From positions 1 to 52,098 of the forward strand of contig JAOUMX010000004.1 of assembly GCA_029881275.1 (NCBI GenBank): a stretch of DNA of 52,098 nt. The letters are read 5' to 3'. Of the stretch, positions 1-9,950 are shown one piece after another. Position 1 is the stretch's first letter, and each line of letters begins with the position of its first letter. A model generated the notes under the pieces. That model worked only from the letters and a program-made list of their open reading frames with translations. It searched no databases and was not told where the DNA came from. Position numbers and translations under genes: made by a program. This DNA is from Gammaproteobacteria bacterium (GTDB lineage: Bacteria; Pseudomonadota; Gammaproteobacteria; SZUA-229).

Positions 1-1155
1 GCGGCAACTATGGTGACTGCCGGTATCTTCATGGTGGCCCGTATGTCACCATTATATGAATGGTCTGAAACAGCACTCAGTTTTGTTATGGTGATCGGTG
101 CGATTACAGCCTTCTTTATGGGGCTGGTTGGTATCGTACAGAATGACATCAAACGTGTGGTTGCCTATTCAACATTGTCTCAGTTAGGTTATATGACCGT
201 TGCCCTGGGGGCATCAGCCTACTCTGCGGCAGTATTTCATTTAATGACACATGCATTTTTCAAGGCATTGTTATTCCTTGCGGCCGGTTCTGTGATAATT
301 GCTATGCATCATGAACAGGATATTCGTAAGATGGGTGGCCTGAAAAAATACATGCCGATTACCTACTGGACATCTCTGGTTGGTTCACTGGCATTGATTG
401 GCTTTCCCGGTTTTTCCGGCTTCTTTTCCAAAGATGCGATTATCGAAGCGGTTCATCATTCACAGCTTCCCGGTTCGGGCTTTGCCTACCTGATGGTTGT
501 GCTGGGTGTGTTCGTTACTGCTTTTTATTCTTTCCGTATGTTCTTCCTGGTATTCCATGGCAAGGAACGTATGGATCAGCATACAAAAGAACATTTGCAT
601 GAAACCCCCGCAGTGGTGACAGTTCCTCTGATCGCCCTGGCAATTCCGTCGGTTGTGATTGGCTGGATGACGGTTGAATACATGTTGTTTGGCACTTATT
701 TTTCTGACTCTATCATGGTGAAAGAACTTCATAATGTGCTCGGACAGATTCACTTCACCACAGAATTTGGTTTTATTCAGCATGCTTTCCATGGCATCGC
801 CGTGTACCTGGCGGCGGCAGGGGTATTTGCGGCCTGGTACATTTATCTGGTCAATCCAAAGATTGCCGATACGCTGCAGGATAAATTGAGTTTTGTTTAT
901 AAATTGCTGGACAGAAAATACTGGGTAGACGAATTATATTTTGCCGTGTTTGGTAAAGGCAGTCGTAACCTGGGAACAGGATTCTGGAAAATCGGCGATG
1001 TCAGTGTCATCGACGGTTTTATAATTAATGGCTCAGCGCGCATGGTGGGCTGGATATCCAGTGTGGTACGTCATGTTCAAACCGGGGTGTTATATCACTA
1101 TGCGTTTGCCATGATTATGGGTTTGATGGGTTTATTGTTGTTTGTTTATTTTTAG
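1..1155 (+). CDS. nuoL: NADH-quinone oxidoreductase subunit L (5'-truncated by window edge)
   Basis: Frame is open from base 1 (AATMVTAG). Motifs QNDIKRVVAYSTLSQLGYM and HLMTHAFFKALLFL; followed by nuoM and nuoN. Confidence 0.97.
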   Translation, partial: AATMVTAGIFMVARMSPLYEWSETALSFVMVIGAITAFFMGLVGIVQNDIKRVVAYSTLSQLGYMTVALGASAYSAAVFHLMTHAFFKALLFLAAGSVIIAMHHEQDIRKMGGLKKYMPITYWTSLVGSLALIGFPGFSGFFSKDAIIEAVHHSQLPGSGFAYLMVVLGVFVTAFYSFRMFFLVFHGKERMDQHTKEHLHETPAVVTVPLIALAIPSVVIGWMTVEYMLFGTYFSDSIMVKELHNVLGQIHFTTEFGFIQHAFHGIAVYLAAAGVFAAWYIYLVNPKIADTLQDKLSFVYKLLDRKYWVDELYFAVFGKGSRNLGTGFWKIGDVSVIDGFIINGSARMVGWISSVVRHVQTGVLYHYAFAMIMGLMGLLLFVYF

Positions 1156-1203
1156 CGGCAAACATGATGATGAATTTAAAAGAATATTACTGGGAATTAA
1201 CTA

Positions 1204-2727
1204 ATGCTTGCTGATTGGCCCTTATTAAGTCTGGTCGTATGGTTACCGATAATCGGCGGTATTGTTGTGCTGTTGTCCGGGGATAAAGGCGATGCCGAAG
1301 GTACTCGTCGTCTGGCGCTGGTTTTTGCGTTGATCACTTTCTTATTGAGTCTTGGCCTTTATACCGGCTTCGATGTCAGCACCGCGGATATGCAGTTCGT
1401 TGAACGATTTGAGTGGATCAGTACGTTTAATATTTTTTACCATTTTGGTATCGATGGTATTTCCATGCCGTTGATCATACTCACTACCTTTACCACGGTA
1501 CTGGTCATACTGGCCGGCTGGGAAGTTATTAAAGTTCGTCCATCGCAGTACATGGCTGCATTCCTGATTATGGAAGGCTTAATGAACGGTGTGTTCGCTG
1601 CACTGGATTCGATTTTCTTCTATGTCTTCTGGGAAGCCATGCTGATACCGATGTTTATTCTTATCGGTGTCTGGGGTGGTCCAAGACGTGTTTACGCAAC
1701 CATCAAGTTCTTTATTTATACTTTCTTTGGTTCCGTGTTCATGCTGGTGGCGATGATTTATATGTATTATCAGTCGGGCAGTTTTGCCATTCTGGATATG
1801 CATGTCATGAAACTGAGCATGACCGAGCAGACGTTTATCTTTATTGCTTTCCTCATGGCCTTTGCAGTGAAAGTTCCGATGTGGCCAGTACATACCTGGT
1901 TACCCGATGCCCATGTTGAAGCACCCACCGGCGGTTCAGTGATACTGGCAGCGATTATGTTGAAAATTGGTGGCTATGGCTTCCTGCGTTTCAGCTTGCC
2001 AATTACACCGGATGCCAGCAGTTCATTAGACTGGCTGATTATTGCCATGTCACTGATTGCCGTTGTCTATATCGGTTTTGTTGCGCTGGTACAAACCGAC
2101 ATGAAAAAACTGGTTGCCTATTCATCGATTGCTCATATGGGGTTTGTCACCCTGGGTCTGTTTGTGATTTTCAGAATCTGGGCCAATCCAGCCAATACTG
2201 ATATCACCGGTGCTGCCATGGCCGTTGAAGGTGCCATGATTCAGATGATCTCCCACGGTTTTATTTCCGGCGCACTGTTCCTCATGATAGGGGTGCTTTA
2301 CGACCGTATGCATTCCCGTGAAATCAAGGATTATGGTGGTGTGGTAAACACCATGCCGGTATTTGCTGCCTTTGCTGTGTTCTTTGCCATGTCGAATGCC
2401 GGCTTACCCGGTACCTCTGGTTTTGTCGGTGAGTTCATGGTGATTATCGCCAGCTTCAAGGCTAATTTCTGGTTTGCCTTCCTTGCTGCTACCACTTTAA
2501 TACTGGGTGCTGCTTATACCTTATGGATGGTGAAACGGGTATTTTATGGTGAAGTCCGTAACGATAATGTAAAAGCATTGCAGGATATAAATTCACGAGA
2601 GCTGGTGATCATGACGACACTGGCAATTGCTGTGCTGGCACTGGGTTTATGGCCTGCGCCTGTGGTTGATGTGATGCACGCATCTGTTAATAATTTGTTA
2701 CAGCATGTTGCTGTCTCCAAGCTCTAA
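1204..2727 (+). CDS. nuoM: NADH-quinone oxidoreductase subunit M
   Basis: [27 protein letters not shown] and [15 protein letters not shown] motifs; polytopic membrane protein; nuo gene order. Confidence 0.97.
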   Translation: MLADWPLLSLVVWLPIIGGIVVLLSGDKGDAEGTRRLALVFALITFLLSLGLYTGFDVSTADMQFVERFEWISTFNIFYHFGIDGISMPLIILTTFTTVLVILAGWEVIKVRPSQYMAAFLIMEGLMNGVFAALDSIFFYVFWEAMLIPMFILIGVWGGPRRVYATIKFFIYTFFGSVFMLVAMIYMYYQSGSFAILDMHVMKLSMTEQTFIFIAFLMAFAVKVPMWPVHTWLPDAHVEAPTGGSVILAAIMLKIGGYGFLRFSLPITPDASSSLDWLIIAMSLIAVVYIGFVALVQTDMKKLVAYSSIAHMGFVTLGLFVIFRIWANPANTDITGAAMAVEGAMIQMISHGFISGALFLMIGVLYDRMHSREIKDYGGVVNTMPVFAAFAVFFAMSNAGLPGTSGFVGEFMVIIASFKANFWFAFLAATTLILGAAYTLWMVKRVFYGEVRNDNVKALQDINSRELVIMTTLAIAVLALGLWPAPVVDVMHASVNNLLQHVAVSKL

Positions 2728-2750
2728 AGGCCAACGAATACAAGGTTTTA

Positions 2751-4193
2751 ATGACTATGACTCTTGATATGCTGAATTACACCGTCGCCTGGCCTGAGAT
2801 CTTTCTTCTCACTATGGCCTGTTTAGTGCTGGTTATCGACGTCTATATAAAAGAAGAAAACCGTAATGTAAGTTATATCTTAGCGCAGTTGAGTCTGCTG
2901 ATAACCTTGTTGCTGTTGGTGATGAATAGCTCTGCGGACAGAGTAATTGCCTTTAATGGTCACTTTGTTAGTGATGCTATGGCAAATGTGCTGAAGCTGT
3001 TTATTATTGCAGTGGTTGGTATAGTGTTTGTGTATTCACGTGAATACCTGAAAGACCGCGCAATTTTCAAAGGCGAATTTTATGTACTGGGTCTGTTTGC
3101 AACCCTGGGCATGATGATTATGGTCTCCGCTCATAGCCTGTTATCTATCTATCTTGGTCTGGAATTATTGTCCCTGTCGCTTTATGCCATGGTTGCTTTT
3201 AACCGTGATAACAGCGATGCATCAGAAGCTGCTATGAAGTATTTTGTTCTTGGAGCCATTGCCTCAGGTATGTTGCTCTATGGTATGTCGATGATTTATG
3301 GCGCCACCGGAACGCTGGATATTACTCAGATTGCAGCCATTATTGCTGATCAGAAACAGAACGGTATGGTACTGGTCTTTGGTCTGGTGTTTCTGGTTGT
3401 CGGTCTGGCATTTAAACTGGGTGCTGTTCCTTTTCATATGTGGATTCCCGATGTTTATCAGGGGGCACCGACCACGGTTACCAGCTTTATTGCCACTGCA
3501 CCCAAAATTGCCGGTTTTGCGATGATTATGCGTCTTCTGGTAGAGGCCATGGGGGGAATGCAGGGCGACTGGCAGAGTATGCTGGTCATTATGGCGGTCC
3601 TGTCTATGGCTATTGGTAATATTATTGCCATTGCACAAACCAATTTGAAACGTATGCTGGCTTATTCAACAATATCCCATGTGGGTTTCCTTGTGCTGGG
3701 TATTCTTGCCGGAACCCAGGAAGGTTATTCCGCCGCTATGTTCTATACCCTGACCTACGCACTGATGTCACTGGGCGGTTTTGGTATGATCATTCTGCTC
3801 GCACGTTCAGGTTATGAAGCTGAAAACCTGACAGATTTTCAAGGCCTGAATCAGCGTAGTCCCTGGTTTGCCTTTATCATGCTGATCCTGATGTTTTCCA
3901 TGGCGGGTGTGCCTCCGACTGTGGGCTTCTGGGCCAAACTGGCAGTTTTACAGGCGGTTATTCGTATTGATATGCTCTGGCTGGCATTAGTTGCCGTGTT
4001 CTTCTCAATTATTGGTGTTTATTATTATTTGCGTATTATCAAAATTATGTATTTTGATAAAGCGGAGGATAATTCACCGATAGTCAAAGGTCGTGATATG
4101 CAGTTAGCGATCAGTGTTAATGGCCTGGCTATTCTGGCTCTGGGTGTTTATCCTGCCGGTTTAATGGCATTATGTTCATCTATGTTCACATAA
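2751..4193 (+). CDS. nuoN: NADH-quinone oxidoreductase subunit N
   Basis: [32 protein letters not shown] and [15 protein letters not shown] motifs; last gene of the nuo operon. Confidence 0.97.
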   Translation: MTMTLDMLNYTVAWPEIFLLTMACLVLVIDVYIKEENRNVSYILAQLSLLITLLLLVMNSSADRVIAFNGHFVSDAMANVLKLFIIAVVGIVFVYSREYLKDRAIFKGEFYVLGLFATLGMMIMVSAHSLLSIYLGLELLSLSLYAMVAFNRDNSDASEAAMKYFVLGAIASGMLLYGMSMIYGATGTLDITQIAAIIADQKQNGMVLVFGLVFLVVGLAFKLGAVPFHMWIPDVYQGAPTTVTSFIATAPKIAGFAMIMRLLVEAMGGMQGDWQSMLVIMAVLSMAIGNIIAIAQTNLKRMLAYSTISHVGFLVLGILAGTQEGYSAAMFYTLTYALMSLGGFGMIILLARSGYEAENLTDFQGLNQRSPWFAFIMLILMFSMAGVPPTVGFWAKLAVLQAVIRIDMLWLALVAVFFSIIGVYYYLRIIKIMYFDKAEDNSPIVKGRDMQLAISVNGLAILALGVYPAGLMALCSSMFT

Positions 4194-4403
4194 ATATTAG
4201 TTTTTGCTAATATTCTATCCCGATATATTTTGTTCAGAGGCTAATGGCACTTCCTGGATGTAAATCTCGTTGTTAATTAGCAGTAATTTATTATCTGTGA
4301 TATGTATTAGTGTCTATACTTAATTTAAATAAGAATAATTTTAAATTATTCAATTTCCGATGTTCATTGTTTATGTAGTTATAAATAAAGGCAGGATGTT
4401 TTT

Positions 4404-5630
4404 ATGGAACGTAAGGTACGCACGGCTTATTTAAAAATAGGCATGTATGTGTCAGACCTGGATCGTCCATGGCTGGATACGCCTTTTCTCATTCAGGGCT
4501 TTTTGATCAGAGATCAGGATGAAGTCCAAACATTGCAGAATTATTGCGATTATGTCTGTATAGATACTGAGCGTGGCATTGAAGCTGAAAGTTATATGGA
4601 TGCGGATCCCGGCTTACCGACAAACGAGTACCTGGAAAGTTATCTCAATCACTCGAAAAGAGATATTGAGTATCATGATAAGAGAACTGTTGCCCAGGAA
4701 ATTCCTTATGCCAAAACAGCACTTGAAGATGCGACCGATAAAATTACCACCATTATGGATGATGTACGAGATGGAAGAAATCTGGATTTACCGGCTGTTC
4801 GAAGTGTTGTAGAACCTATTCTCGAAAGTATTATTCGTAATCCTGATGCCCTGTTATGGCTATCTCGTTTGCGTCAGAAAGATAATTACACCTATTCCCA
4901 TTCAATCGATAATTGTGCACTGGCCATTGCTTTTGGTCGACACATGGGGTTACCAAAAGAAGATTTACATACGTTATCAATTGGCATGTTGTTGCTTGAT
5001 ATGGGCAAAATGAAAGTTGCTGATGAAATATTAAATAAGAATGCAACCTTAACAGAAGAAGAATTTGCAGAAGTAAAACGGCATGTGGAATACGGTGTTG
5101 AAATTCTTAGGAATACTCAAGGTATACCTGATGATGTTATTCATATCGCCCTGACCCATCATGAACGATTTGATGGCAGCGGCTATCCCAATGGGATTAT
5201 GGGAACCATGATTCCAGTGTATGGACGCATGGCTGGGATAATTGATGTCTATGACGCTATGACCAGTAAAAGGCCCTATAGTGAAGCCATTTCCCAGCAT
5301 TCGGCCTTACAAAAGATTTATAACTGGCGTAATAAGTTTTTTCAGGATGAACTGGTCGAACAGTTTTTACAATGTCTTGGTGTTTATCCAACGGGTTCGC
5401 TGGTAGAGATGAATACCGGTGAGGTTGGGATTGTTCTGTCGCAGAACAGAACCCAGAGATTAAAGCCAAAAATTATGATGTTACTGGATGTAGATAAAGT
5501 ACAGTATAAGAACTATAAAATTATAGATTTGATGACGCAGGCAACTGATAGCAGTGGCAGGGTTATGTCAATTGCTATGGGGCTTGATCCAGGTGCCTAT
5601 GGTATCGATTCATCAGAGTTCTACTTGTAA
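4404..5630 (+). CDS. HD-GYP domain protein with DUF3391-like N-terminus; HD motif replaced by LD
   Basis: N-terminal LKIGMYVSDLDRPWLDTPFLIQGF; YTYSHS, LLLDMGK, HHERFDGSGYP, DVYDAMTSKRPY; C-terminal GVYPTGSLVEMNTGEVGIV. Confidence 0.88.
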   Translation: MERKVRTAYLKIGMYVSDLDRPWLDTPFLIQGFLIRDQDEVQTLQNYCDYVCIDTERGIEAESYMDADPGLPTNEYLESYLNHSKRDIEYHDKRTVAQEIPYAKTALEDATDKITTIMDDVRDGRNLDLPAVRSVVEPILESIIRNPDALLWLSRLRQKDNYTYSHSIDNCALAIAFGRHMGLPKEDLHTLSIGMLLLDMGKMKVADEILNKNATLTEEEFAEVKRHVEYGVEILRNTQGIPDDVIHIALTHHERFDGSGYPNGIMGTMIPVYGRMAGIIDVYDAMTSKRPYSEAISQHSALQKIYNWRNKFFQDELVEQFLQCLGVYPTGSLVEMNTGEVGIVLSQNRTQRLKPKIMMLLDVDKVQYKNYKIIDLMTQATDSSGRVMSIAMGLDPGAYGIDSSEFYL

Positions 5631-5652
5631 CGGACTTTGTTCAAGATACTAT

Positions 5653-6942
5653 ATGTACAGTCGTCAGGAATTTCTGGGAAAATTTGACCAGCTGCTTGAA
5701 GCCAATCGTAAGCAGAATGGTAGTATGGCATTCCTCATAGTTAAACTGACACAGTTCAAAGATATTAATACTGCCTATGGCTTTAAAATTGGTGATTTGT
5801 TTGTTCAGCACAGTGGTGAATGTCTGAGGCGAGTGTTGCGCTCCGTTGATGAAATGTCGCGATTTGGCGATAATGAATTTGCAGTGTTGTTGCCGGAATT
5901 ACATAATCCATTGCATGCTATTCTGGCTGCGAACAAAATTTTATCGGAATGTAAAAAATCTTTTAACTGTCAAAATATCAGAATTGAACCCAAGCTGGCA
6001 GTTGGTATAGTGATTGCACCCGAGCATGGAAATAATCATGATGACCTGATACATCATGCGACCATGGCGCTGGCAAAAGCGGAACTGGCCACTGATGGTT
6101 ATTTTGTCTATCAACAGGATCTGCAGCCGTTTTCACAGGCTTATATTAACAAACGCCTGCCACCACGATTAATTCTTGAGCAGGAACTGCATTATGCATT
6201 TGATCATGATGAATTTTGTCTGCATTATCAGCCCAAGGTGGATCTGAAAAAAAGATGTGCAGCGGGATCTGAAGTATTAATTCGGTGGCATAGTTCCAAA
6301 TACGGATTGGTAGATACTCAACATTTTATTGATGTACTTGAAGGAAGTGATCTTTTGCTTCCGGTCACTAAATGGATTCTGAATTCAGCATTACGTCAGT
6401 GTACACAATGTAATGTTGCTAAAGGTAATTTATCAGTGTCTGTGAATCTGTCACCCGCATTGTTAAATGACAAATCCATTATTGATATTATCAATGGTGC
6501 GCTGAAAATATGGGGTACTGCGCCTGAGCGTCTGGTTATGGAAGTAACTGAAAATGCTATCATGATGAATCCGGAACTCAGTCTGGAAATATTGCACGAA
6601 ATGAAAGCGCTGGGTGTGGGAATTTCTATTGATGATTTTGGTACCGGTTTTTCCTCGTTGAGCTATTTGAAAGATATGCCTGCCAATGAACTTAAAATTG
6701 ATAAGTCATTTGTGTTAAATATGCTGGAACATGAAAAAAATACTCATATAGTCCAGTCAACCATTGATCTTGCACATAGTCTTGGCATGCATGTGATTGC
6801 AGAAGGAATTGAAAATGAAGCGGTACTGGAACGATTGACTGAAATGGGATGCGATTATGGTCAGGGTTATTTGATGGGGCACCCTATGCCATTTGAAGAA
6901 ATCAGGCGATGGATGGATCAGTCTCCCTGGGCGGGGAATTGA
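5653..6942 (+). CDS. Degenerate GGDEF (GDNEF) plus EAL domain protein, probable c-di-GMP phosphodiesterase
   Basis: RSVDEMSRFGDNEF; EAL motifs YQPK, EVLIRW, VNLS, EVTE, DDFGTGFSSLSYL, KIDKSF, AEGIE, QGY. ATG 5653 chosen over 5554, which would overlap the upstream gene. Confidence 0.87.
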   Translation: MYSRQEFLGKFDQLLEANRKQNGSMAFLIVKLTQFKDINTAYGFKIGDLFVQHSGECLRRVLRSVDEMSRFGDNEFAVLLPELHNPLHAILAANKILSECKKSFNCQNIRIEPKLAVGIVIAPEHGNNHDDLIHHATMALAKAELATDGYFVYQQDLQPFSQAYINKRLPPRLILEQELHYAFDHDEFCLHYQPKVDLKKRCAAGSEVLIRWHSSKYGLVDTQHFIDVLEGSDLLLPVTKWILNSALRQCTQCNVAKGNLSVSVNLSPALLNDKSIIDIINGALKIWGTAPERLVMEVTENAIMMNPELSLEILHEMKALGVGISIDDFGTGFSSLSYLKDMPANELKIDKSFVLNMLEHEKNTHIVQSTIDLAHSLGMHVIAEGIENEAVLERLTEMGCDYGQGYLMGHPMPFEEIRRWMDQSPWAGN

Positions 6943-6946
6943 TTAA

Positions 6947-9016
6947 TTAAAACTCAATAGTTGCTATTGCCAGCAGACGTTTATCCACTTCCAGTTTGTT
7001 GGTGAGATCACTGTAGTCTCCCAGCAAGTTCTGGCCAACCAGTTTTAATTGTAGATCTTTATTATTTAATCTGAAAGTTTTAGTCAATGATAAATTTAAT
7101 ACATCAAATTCATCGACAGGTATATTGTTTGATGCAAACCCATACCAGAGCATTTTGCTGGTGTGGTAATAGAAAATTCCAAGATTCAAATTATTAGGGA
7201 ATTGATGTGATAGTAGCAGAGAGGTTGTGGAAGCTGGTGTGGCAGGCTCCAGATTGAGCATGACATAACCACTGGTTAGCACTTCTTCCGGTGCTGAACC
7301 GGATGCACTTGATAATGCCTGAGTTAAATATAAGCGGGTGTTGCTGGATATTTTGTAGCGTAATTCAATTTCGGCAGTTGTTATATCGACATCACCATTG
7401 TTGATGACATCGATTCTGGGATCGTTGATGGTGTAGGTGGAGTTATAATCTACCGGGTAAGTAATGAACTGACTGAGCTGCATATAGGCCAGTTTGCTAT
7501 CGAGTGTTAAAGATTTGTCAGTATTTTCATATAACCAGCCGATATCCAGCGCTTTTAGTTTCTCCGGTTTCAGGTCGGCATTGTTTGGACTGTACAAATA
7601 TAAATCGATGCCTGTGTTGCCAATATTGGAAATTTTTCCACTGGTGAATTCTTCAAACAGGGTTGGTGAACGTAGTGCTATTGAAAAGCTGCTGCGTACA
7701 GTATGGTTGTTATTGATTCGGTAATTAGCGGCCAGTTTAGGTGAAAAGCCAGAGTCAGCTGTATTTGAATGTTCAAACATCAGGCCGGTATTAATAAATA
7801 ACTTATTAAACGGTTTCCATTCATTTGTGGCAAACAGGCGGTTCAGGCGATTTGTATAATGCGGTGCTTCTGAAAACCAGGTGGCACCCTTGACCAGGTC
7901 TTTTCTTTTTTCGAAGCCAAAAATCCAGCGCCAGTTAGGTGAATAGGTAAGTAAATATTGTATTTCAACATCGGTGCGTCTTGATTCAACATCATTAACA
8001 TTTAATGTGAAATCGAATCCCCCCTGGTCAGCAAGATATGTGTCATCAAAATTATAGTTTTCCTGGTAGAGCTGGATTGTTAAATTATCTTTATCATTCA
8101 GTTGATGGCTTAGTTTTATCTGTTGGTAATGATTGGTTGAGCTGCCATCACGGAAGGGCTCGATGATACCATCGCCAAAATTACCCAGGGGTTCATTGCC
8201 CAGTCCTTGAGTATTGCTGCTATAACCCAGATGGATGCTGATATCATCGTCATCGGTTGGCTGATAGTCGCTACGAAAACTCAAGCTGTCTTTGTTGATG
8301 GTATCCGCAAGCATTTCGAAGCCATTATTTATTTCCCGGCTAAAACTTAACTGGATTCCCAGGTTATGATCCTGTTGAGATAACTTAAGAGTGTTTTTCT
8401 GATAACGAATATCAGAAGCATTGACTGAAATATAGTTATTGTCGGGATCGAGAGATGAGCGGGTTGTAATGTTGATGACCCCCATCACAGCATTGGATCC
8501 GTAGGTGGCTGCATTGGGTCCGCGCACCACTTCAATGCGTTCTATATCATCGATGTTAAGCGGTAAGCTGTTCCAGCGAACGCCACCATGGATCGGGTTA
8601 TAAACAACGCGTCCGTCAATCAGTACCTGCATACGGCGGGAAAACTCGTCACTTAAACCCAGGTAGGTGACTGCCGATGGGCGTGGTGCCAATAAACTGG
8701 TATGGGAGTGACCCACCTGGAAACCGGGTACCAGACGAAATAGCTCAGGCAGGCTGGTAATACCAGAGGCTTCGATCATATCTCGCTCAATAATAGTTAT
8801 TGAGGCGGGTGCTTCTGCCTTGGGTTGCACCAGTCGGGAAGCAGACAGAACGACAGGGAGTTCTTCCAGAAAAATAGTTTCAGAAATGTCCTCATAGACA
8901 GAGTCATCAGCACCTGCGGCCAGTATGGGCAGGCTGGTGAGTGCAATGGCGAGAATCGTGTTCCTGGTGTTTCTTTGATAAATCCTTTTTTGTTTAGTAC
9001 ATCTTGCTAGGATCAC
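6947..9016 (-). CDS. TonB-dependent outer membrane receptor
   Basis: Signal-like N-terminus; plug motifs VLSASRL..EAPASITII, LVPGF, VLIDGR, IERIEVVRGPNAATYGSNAVMGVINI; barrel motifs SPKLAANY, RSPTLFE, LKPEK; C-terminal Phe. Exact start uncertain. Confidence 0.9.
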   Translation of the reverse strand: MILARCTKQKRIYQRNTRNTILAIALTSLPILAAGADDSVYEDISETIFLEELPVVLSASRLVQPKAEAPASITIIERDMIEASGITSLPELFRLVPGFQVGHSHTSLLAPRPSAVTYLGLSDEFSRRMQVLIDGRVVYNPIHGGVRWNSLPLNIDDIERIEVVRGPNAATYGSNAVMGVINITTRSSLDPDNNYISVNASDIRYQKNTLKLSQQDHNLGIQLSFSREINNGFEMLADTINKDSLSFRSDYQPTDDDDISIHLGYSSNTQGLGNEPLGNFGDGIIEPFRDGSSTNHYQQIKLSHQLNDKDNLTIQLYQENYNFDDTYLADQGGFDFTLNVNDVESRRTDVEIQYLLTYSPNWRWIFGFEKRKDLVKGATWFSEAPHYTNRLNRLFATNEWKPFNKLFINTGLMFEHSNTADSGFSPKLAANYRINNNHTVRSSFSIALRSPTLFEEFTSGKISNIGNTGIDLYLYSPNNADLKPEKLKALDIGWLYENTDKSLTLDSKLAYMQLSQFITYPVDYNSTYTINDPRIDVINNGDVDITTAEIELRYKISSNTRLYLTQALSSASGSAPEEVLTSGYVMLNLEPATPASTTSLLLSHQFPNNLNLGIFYYHTSKMLWYGFASNNIPVDEFDVLNLSLTKTFRLNNKDLQLKLVGQNLLGDYSDLTNKLEVDKRLLAIATIEF

Positions 9017-9158
9017 ATAGAAAGCCTGGGGTTATGTAGCATGGTTTAGAGTAATCTCGTCAATCCTGATGATGCTCGGACAGTCGCATACTGACTGTGT
9101 TTCAGGTTGTACGATATTAAAAGGAATGCTCCCGATGTACAAGTAAATGAAGTGTTAC

Positions 9159-9187
9159 TTGCAATAACATCCTGAAATCTGTACTAT
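9159..9187 (+). promoter_or_regulatory. Sigma70-type promoter of the tRNA-fMet-rimP-nusA operon
   Basis: TTGCAA (9159-9164), 17-bp spacer, TACTAT (9182-9187), then a GC-rich stretch (ttgcgcc) resembling a stringent discriminator; the tRNA starts 14 nt after the -10. Confidence 0.65.
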
Positions 9188-9200
9188 TTGCGCCAGTTGA

Positions 9201-9277
<77 letters not shown>

Positions 9278-9282
9278 CATGC

Positions 9283-9309
9283 AAGGCCTCGTTTTTACGG
9301 GGCTTTTTT
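9283..9309 (+). terminator. Intrinsic terminator downstream of tRNA-fMet
   Basis: aaggcctcgt-tttt-acggggctt hairpin (with G-U pairs) followed by a T run. Confidence 0.65.
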
Positions 9310-9389
9310 ATTCGGTGCATCATGTGCCCGCCCTCGCTGAGTCAGTGGAGCTAATGCTCCGACACGGTTGACTGGTTGAAGTTATAATT

Positions 9390-9411
9390 AAGGGCCTTGA
9401 GCCCTTTTTTT
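9390..9411 (+). terminator. rimP-leader terminator/attenuator hairpin
   Basis: aagggc-cttga-gccctttttttt about 60 nt before rimP; same position and form as the gammaproteobacterial rimP leader. Confidence 0.7.
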
Positions 9412-9474
9412 GTGGTCAGGAAGATCGGTATGCCACGTGCGTAAGGATGGGCAAAAGTGGAGATGGTGCGTTTA

Positions 9475-9933
9475 ATGCCAAAACATGCGAGTGATCTGTG
9501 GACTCTGATTGAGCCAGTGGTTGCAGGTATGGGGTATGAAGTGGTTGATATTGAGTTTCGATCACATCCCAGAGATGGCCTGTTGCGTGTGTTTATTGAT
9601 CAGGAATCAGGTATCCAGCTGGAAGATTGTGAAGCTGTCAGTCGTCAGTTGAGTGCCTTGCTTGATGTAGAAGATCCTATTCCCGGGCACTTTAATCTGG
9701 AAGTGTCATCACCAGGACTGGATCGGCCATTGCGTAAAGCGGACGATTTTGAACGTTTTAGCGGTGAAATGGTGAAGATTAAATTAAGTATGCCAACGAT
9801 AGAAGGTCAGCGTAACTTTACAGGTAAGTTACTGGGTCTCAAAGATAATGAGGTTTTGCTGGAAATCGATGGTGAGACAATACATCTGCCTCTGGGTGGA
9901 ATTGATAAAGCGCGTTTGGTACCGCAATTTTAA
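9475..9933 (+). CDS. rimP: Ribosome maturation factor RimP
   Basis: [33 protein letters not shown] and [12 protein letters not shown]. Start ambiguous among 9457, 9463 and 9475. Confidence 0.95.
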   Translation: MPKHASDLWTLIEPVVAGMGYEVVDIEFRSHPRDGLLRVFIDQESGIQLEDCEAVSRQLSALLDVEDPIPGHFNLEVSSPGLDRPLRKADDFERFSGEMVKIKLSMPTIEGQRNFTGKLLGLKDNEVLLEIDGETIHLPLGGIDKARLVPQF

Positions 9934-9950
9934 TACTGGGTGATCCTGTC

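Noticed and set aside
4244-4262. TGGCAC upstream of the HD-GYP gene as a sigma54 promoter
   Set aside because: The -12 TTGC element is missing at the required spacing.
5554-5652. 33-codon N-terminal extension of the GDNEF-EAL ORF in the ORF track
   Set aside because: It overlaps the HD-GYP gene by 77 bp and does not resemble a domain; ATG 5653 fits the start of the GGDEF domain.
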